Position numbers and translations under genes: made by a program. Positions 59,647 to 64,000 of a DNA stretch of 64,000 nucleotides are shown here, piece after piece (position 1 is the first letter of the stretch; the number at the start of each line of letters is the position of its first letter). The stretch comes from Deltaproteobacteria bacterium. GTDB lineage: Bacteria; Myxococcota; XYA12-FULL-58-9; JAFGEK01. The notes below the pieces were generated by a model. That model was not told the origin of the DNA. It ran no database searches and saw only the letters and a list, made by a program, of their open reading frames with translations. The stretch covers positions 39,110 to 103,109 of the forward strand of contig JAFGEK010000020.1 of NCBI GenBank assembly GCA_016931625.1. The letters run 5' to 3'.

Positions 59647-60400
59647 TTACTGGGAGATCCATGCTCTTGGTCACTGTAGTAAAATCGGTTTCAATGTTTA
59701 AATTTAATGCTTTGCTATTTTTACATTCATCTGCAGTTAATTCCACATTGTAGATTCTTTGGCCGCCTGAAAGGACATACCAACCATCAAAGCTTTGCTC
59801 CTTTATTATGGAGCCTTTGGTATTAGTGATCGAGTAATTAATTTTACGTAAAGAAAAATGCACATTACCTGTATTTAATATGGCAAAACTCACCTGGTGT
59901 TTAGCTAGCACTATTTTTTCGATACTGACACTATGTTTAGCGGTGCCCTGATGAATAAAAATTGGGATACCCAGCTCGGTTAATATTCTTAACTGATTAC
60001 CTTCAGCAGTATTTTTGTCTTTATTATCTGGCGGTAGTTCAGTGACAAATATGCGATATGATTTTTCTATATCACTAGCTTTCACTCTTGTACCCACACG
60101 GATATTTCTTTTCTCTTTAGGTTGAAGCATTAATAAGGTTGGAAAGAAAACAATATCCTGTGTAGGTTTTAATACCATTTCACCATTGTTTTTCTGATCC
60201 CAAGAAAACCCACGTACCTGCAAACGCAGGGTTTCAGCACTATCATTAGTTATCATTAATAAAGTGCTTGAGGTATCTGACGATAGTGTGACTTGCACCG
60301 GTTTGACACTAAATGTGCTTGCAAGTGCAGGGTTAGTTATAAGGAGTAAGTAAGCGGTCAGGATGGGGTAGAGGCAGCGCATGCATAGATTGTAAAGCAA
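59630..60400 (-). CDS. Periplasmic pilus chaperone (PapD/CsuC-like)
   Basis: About 250 aa with a signal peptide. The N-terminal domain FSVKPVQVTLSSD...LLMITNDSAETLRLQVRGFSW is a CsuC/PapD-like beta-sandwich pattern. Overlaps the usher start. Confidence 0.7.
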   Translation of the reverse strand: MLYNLCMRCLYPILTAYLLLITNPALASTFSVKPVQVTLSSDTSSTLLMITNDSAETLRLQVRGFSWDQKNNGEMVLKPTQDIVFFPTLLMLQPKEKRNIRVGTRVKASDIEKSYRIFVTELPPDNKDKNTAEGNQLRILTELGIPIFIHQGTAKHSVSIEKIVLAKHQVSFAILNTGNVHFSLRKINYSITNTKGSIIKEQSFDGWYVLSGGQRIYNVELTADECKNSKALNLNIETDFTTVTKSMDLPVNVCGP

Positions 60401-60427
60401 GGTGCCTTGAGGGTCTAATTATTGTTC

Positions 60428-60931
60428 TTAGAAGTTTACAGTAGCTACTACGGTATCATTGTATGAGCCGGCTGGTACATCTTGACCGGCGCTAACGCGA
60501 CCGTAAACCGTAAAGGGGCGAGGGGCGCTACTGGGTGCTGGAGCTGGAGTTAGCAAATCAGGAGCCGCATCACCCCATGAAGTCGTTCTGCCTGCATCTT
60601 GGTAAAGGTCATATTCTAAATAACCAGTGCCACCGTCATTCATCCGTCGTTGGGTACCAGAAGCATTGACGCCAAGACCAAGACCTATTGTTGTCGTTGC
60701 TCCTTGGGTACAGGTCACAGTCACAGTGCCAGTTGCATCTAGGTCGACGGCCGCGTTAGCGACGATAGGATCGTAGGTGCCAAATGCCAGCGCTGCGGTG
60801 GTGATACTGCAATTATTAACTACTACAGCGCTAACATCGAGGTTGGCAGTAGCAGTAGCAGCCAAAGCTGACGAAGAAATCGCAGTTAAAAAAGCGATGG
60901 TTACTAAACTAATTTTGAATGATTTTGCCAT
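60428..60931 (-). CDS. SCPU-domain major pilin (CsuA/B-like)
   Basis: ATG at 60929-60931 with GGAG upstream, and signal peptide MAKSFKISLVTIAFLTAISSSALA. ...YDLYQDAGRTTSWGDA...GRVSAGQDVPAGSYNDTVVATVNF. The ORF-track start at 61027 would swallow the predicted sigma-54 promoter. Confidence 0.75.
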   Translation of the reverse strand: MAKSFKISLVTIAFLTAISSSALAATATANLDVSAVVVNNCSITTAALAFGTYDPIVANAAVDLDATGTVTVTCTQGATTTIGLGLGVNASGTQRRMNDGGTGYLEYDLYQDAGRTTSWGDAAPDLLTPAPAPSSAPRPFTVYGRVSAGQDVPAGSYNDTVVATVNF

Positions 60932-60989
60932 TTCCGTGCTCCAGTCTAACGCATCCGCAATGCGTGTGTTTTCTTGGATAAATAGTAGA

Positions 60990-61004
60990 GCATTTTTGGT
61001 GCCA
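60990..61004 (-). promoter_or_regulatory. Candidate sigma-54 (-24/-12) promoter. The minus strand reads TGGCACcaaaaATGCT, driving the pilin-chaperone-usher operon.
   Basis: GG-N10-GC spacing is exact. The -24 TGGCAC is perfect and the -12 ATGC has one mismatch to TTGC. It lies about 58 nt upstream of the pilin ATG. Confidence 0.55.
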
Positions 61005-61264
61005 ACTATTAAAATGGTGTTTGGCACTTTTTACATACGAAAAAGTATAATAAAAACAAGGTATTATAATATTGCAGGTGGTAGCTATGGTTACATTAAC
61101 TATGCATATTTTACATAGTTGCGTGTCGATATTCACGCATTTTTAAGGTATTTAAGCAAAATATTCATGCTGATATTATACACCGACATACATGACATGC
61201 TTAATAATTATTCTAAATGTGTTGAATGCACGGAGATGTTTAATAATTTTAGAGAATGGATGGA

Positions 61265-61681
61265 TTAGAAATTCAAAGTAGTGATTACTGTCGAAGCTGG
61301 GGTATTCGAAGCTAGAAGATAATCAGTATCGGTTGAAGTACTAGCTAACATAACGCGTGAGACGTGGATTGCATTTTGGTCAGGCGATGTATTGGAATTG
61401 AGTTTAATGTGCGATGACGTAACTTTGTTTATATCCGTACGTGCGCTAGTAAGCGGATGTATGGTTCCTCTAGTGCATCTGACGGTAATGTTACCTTCGA
61501 GTGTGTCGTTAATGGCTGACGCAGAATTTGCAATTGCACAAGTTGGCATCACTTTAACGCTGACAGTAAGTCTATCACTCTTAGCGGCAAAAACCGTCTG
61601 GCTGCTGAAAAAAACTGAAAATGTAACAAGTAACCAACGCATACTTATTGTTATAAGCAAGGGCAATGCCAAGTTAGGCAA
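61265..61681 (-). CDS. Divergent SCPU-like pilus subunit (minor pilin)
   Basis: Signal peptide (MRWLLVTFSVFFSSQTVFAA), two Cys, and the C-terminal beta-strand ...TVITTLNF, which resembles the SCPU ending. First gene of the cluster. Confidence 0.5.
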   Translation of the reverse strand: MPNLALPLLITISMRWLLVTFSVFFSSQTVFAAKSDRLTVSVKVMPTCAIANSASAINDTLEGNITVRCTRGTIHPLTSARTDINKVTSSHIKLNSNTSPDQNAIHVSRVMLASTSTDTDYLLASNTPASTVITTLNF

Positions 61682-61989
61682 TATCTATAACTAGTTAATA
61701 ATAATAGACTATTAACACAGCATAGGTTATTGCTATGGCTTATCTATGGGGATGCCCTAGGACTCTGGGTCTTTTCTACTTGTAGGTAAATATCTTACTC
61801 TTTACAATGCAGTATTTGTCTATCCAGTATAACTCCTTGATTTGCTAATAATTACCCAAAGTTATAAACAATACTCGATCGCCTTTAAAAAAACTGTTTT
61901 AGAACTTTTGCAGAATGATTTGACGCCTGACTGTGATTATGAAATACAGTTTGCTCTTTTTGGACCAACAAAAACCCAAAGGAGAAGGT

Positions 61990-62547
61990 ATGAGGTATAT
62001 AGATCTTTCGCGTTGTCTGCTCGTAGCGTTTTTTGGTTTAGCGATCGCTGTGGGTCAGCCCGGTTGCGCAACTACCAAAGCTGGTGGTGATGCTCAAGCT
62101 AGTGCTGAAGGTGGCGATGCTGAAGAACCAAACCCCCTCGGTGAAAATCTGGCACTTAACAAGCCAGCAGTCAGTTCTTCTGACGAAAAAGCCGAAATGG
62201 CACCAAAATATGCGGTTGATGGTGATCTCAGCACTCGTTGGGGTTCAAACTTCTTTACTGATCCTGACCCAACAGTTGGCTGGATTTATATAGATTTAGG
62301 CGAAGTCAAGACTATCGGTACCGTAGTTATTACCTGGGAAGCCGCTTATGGTCTTGAGTATCAAATTCTCGTTTCTGACGATGCCAAAGAATGGAAAGTC
62401 GCTTATCACGAGAAAGATGGTCACGTAGGCCGTTCAGTACACAAAATCGACCCTCCAGTTCAGGGTCATTATGTTAAACTCCTTGGTATCAAACGTGGTA
62501 CTGCCTATGGCTATTCACCATGGGAAATCGAAGTATACGAGAAATAA
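61990..62547 (+). CDS. Lipoprotein with an F5/8 type C (discoidin) domain
   Basis: ATG at 61990 after GGAGAAGG. Lipobox AVGQPGC. ...AVDGDLSTRWGS...WIYIDLGEVKTIGTVVITWEAAYGLEYQILVSDD..W is the discoidin/F5-8C consensus. Confidence 0.7.
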   Translation: MRYIDLSRCLLVAFFGLAIAVGQPGCATTKAGGDAQASAEGGDAEEPNPLGENLALNKPAVSSSDEKAEMAPKYAVDGDLSTRWGSNFFTDPDPTVGWIYIDLGEVKTIGTVVITWEAAYGLEYQILVSDDAKEWKVAYHEKDGHVGRSVHKIDPPVQGHYVKLLGIKRGTAYGYSPWEIEVYEK

Positions 62548-62613
62548 AAATAAGCCGTTATTAATATAAACAGTGGCGGCGTTATTTATTCCGTCACGTT
62601 CACTTTAGTCAAA

Positions 62614-62660
62614 CAGCGTTGGTACTACCTAAAAAGTAGCGCCAACGCTGTAGTGTTTTT
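62614..62660 (+). terminator. Stem-loop CAGCGTTGG...CCAACGCTG followed by TAGTGTTTTT. Either an intrinsic terminator or a leader attenuator immediately upstream of ribE.
   Basis: 9-bp arms with an internal CTAC/GTAG sub-stem and a downstream T5 run. Confidence 0.5.
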
Positions 62661-62672
62661 AAATTATCATCA

Positions 62673-63317
62673 ATGTTTACCGGTCTTGTTGAAACTGTGG
62701 GTACCGTACAAAGAATTACGGGTAACTCACCAAGTCTTATTTGTATTGAATCGACAATTCCTGTTGAAGGTGTTGCTATTGGTGATTCAGTTGCCATTAA
62801 TGGGTGTTGTCTTACAGCGATTTTAAAAGAATCTCATAGTATAGTTTATGAAGCTGCAGCCGAAACTCTTGCCCGCACCAATTTAGGTGAATTGCGAATT
62901 GGTGACCAAGTGAATCTTGAACGCGCATTGCGTTTAGGTGATCACCTTGCTGGCCATCTAGTAAGCGGTCATGTTGATGGTATCGGATTTATCCGAGAAC
63001 GTAATTTCAAAGAGAATACTCTTTATTTGGGTATCGAAGCCCCTAAAACGATTTTGCCATTAATTGCGGATCAAGGTGCAATTGCGGTATCTGGTGTTTC
63101 ACTTACAGTAACACAAATTCGTGGTGCATTATTTTGGGTGGCTTTAATTTCACACACGCGACAAGTGACGATTTTAAATAATTTACCTTATGGATCTACA
63201 GTAAATTTAGAGGTAGATACCATTGCTCGCTATGTACAGCGCTTATTAAATTACAACAAAGAGCAATCATCAGGTTGCTTGACTCAAGAATTCCTCGAAG
63301 CTAAGGGGTTTTTATGA
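62673..63317 (+). CDS. ribE: Riboflavin synthase alpha subunit
   Basis: [12 protein letters not shown]... and the second repeat ...[12 protein letters not shown]... are RibE/RibC signatures. 214 aa. Confidence 0.9.
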   Translation: MFTGLVETVGTVQRITGNSPSLICIESTIPVEGVAIGDSVAINGCCLTAILKESHSIVYEAAAETLARTNLGELRIGDQVNLERALRLGDHLAGHLVSGHVDGIGFIRERNFKENTLYLGIEAPKTILPLIADQGAIAVSGVSLTVTQIRGALFWVALISHTRQVTILNNLPYGSTVNLEVDTIARYVQRLLNYNKEQSSGCLTQEFLEAKGFL

Positions 63318-64000
63318 CATTTGAGCCCGTACAGCGGGCGATTCAGGAAATCCGCGATGGGCGATTGATTATCCTGGTCGACGACGAAGATCGTGAAAAT
63401 GAAGGAGATCTTTGTATCGCTGCAGAAAAAATTACTCCTGAAACCATCAATTTTATGGCTAAATTTGGTCGTGGCTTAATTTGCCTAACATTAACCAGTG
63501 CTCGTATTAACCAGCTTGAGCTGCCGATGATGGTCGATGAGAATACCAGCGCTTATGGTACTGCTTTCACTGTACCGATTGAAGCACGCCGAGGAGTGAC
63601 CACCGGTATTAGCGCTCATGATCGTTCTACAACGGTGTTAACAGCCATCGACCCTAAAACTCGTCCTGAAGACCTAGTGAGACCAGGCCATATTTTTCCT
63701 CTACGCGCATGTGATGGTGGTGTGCTTGTACGCACCGGGCAAACCGAAGGTTCGGTTGATCTCGCACGCTTAGCAGGACTTTATCCTGCCGGGGTTATTT
63801 GTGAGATAATGAATGACGATGGATCGATGGCGCGTATGTCTGACCTTACTCGTTTTGCTCAAGAGCATGATCTAACAATTTTAAGTATTGCTGAGCTGAT
63901 TAATTATCGTTTAGCTCATGAAACTTTAGTTCGGCGTTTGGTCGCACGACAGGTAATGCACCCACGTTGGGGAGAAGTAGTACTATATGCTTACGGAACT
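63314..64000 (+). CDS. ribBA: Bifunctional 3,4-dihydroxy-2-butanone-4-phosphate synthase / GTP cyclohydrolase II. The 3' end runs off the window.
   Basis: The ATGA overlap with the ribE stop is open to the window end. ...[16 protein letters not shown]...[16 protein letters not shown]... are DHBP-synthase motifs. Confidence 0.85.
   Translation, partial: MTFEPVQRAIQEIRDGRLIILVDDEDRENEGDLCIAAEKITPETINFMAKFGRGLICLTLTSARINQLELPMMVDENTSAYGTAFTVPIEARRGVTTGISAHDRSTTVLTAIDPKTRPEDLVRPGHIFPLRACDGGVLVRTGQTEGSVDLARLAGLYPAGVICEIMNDDGSMARMSDLTRFAQEHDLTILSIAELINYRLAHETLVRRLVARQVMHPRWGEVVLYAYGT

Noticed and set aside
61011-61040. Plus-strand TGGCACTTTTTACAT sigma-54-like half-site
   Set aside because: It has a -24 element but no GC at -12. 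The convincing GG-N10-GC match is on the minus strand at 60990-61004.
62548-62672. FMN riboswitch upstream of ribE
   Set aside because: The leader is only about 125 nt and lacks the conserved G-rich RFN cores. I kept it only as an unspecified structured leader.

Overview
This 64-kb window reads like chromosomal DNA of a low-GC (roughly 40%), Gram-negative, delta-proteobacteria/Bdellovibrionota/Myxococcota-like organism, though that placement is only an impression. I base it on the gene content: Hanks-type Ser/Thr kinases with PEGA tails, a sigma-54 enhancer-binding protein fused to a PilZ domain, MopE-type Cys/Asp repeats, spore-coat-U (SCPU) pilins, and DivIVA.

Housekeeping genes in the window:
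- yggS-divIVA-yggU
- dtd
- a flippase-purD-purB-purA operon on the minus strand
- one tRNA-Met(CAU)
- an RpoD-like sigma factor
- aceE
- cydAB
- yajC-secD-secF
- ribE-ribBA (partial at the 3' edge)

Signalling and regulatory genes:
- a GAF-GGDEF protein whose GGDEF motif is degenerate (GSDKF)
- two paralogous Ser/Thr kinases (kinase + transmembrane segment + PEGA domains)
- a hybrid PAS-HisKA-REC-Hpt sensor kinase
- an MCP
- a PilZ-sigma54-Fis enhancer-binding protein

Cell-wall recycling genes: ldcA, a catalytically degenerate beta-lactamase-fold protein, mpl and nagZ.

The most notable accessory content:
- A lower-GC island (~35.6-41.5 kb) carrying two translationally coupled large orphan proteins (758 aa and 645 aa) and a Cys-rich lipoprotein.
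- An archaic (Csu/sigma-type) chaperone-usher pilus cluster (four SCPU subunits, a chaperone, an usher) at 56.0-61.7 kb. A good -24/-12 sigma-54 promoter lies in front of the major pilin. The cluster sits tail-to-tail with the PilZ-sigma54 activator.
- A 1123-aa lipoprotein with MopE-like Cys/Asp repeats and a beta-helix body, directly upstream of cydAB.
- A family of Cys-rich lipoproteins.
- A 17-nt inverted-repeat motif, TTAGGGGGTGTCCCTAA, present four times in promoter regions.

I found no CRISPR arrays, IS elements, integrases or rRNA.
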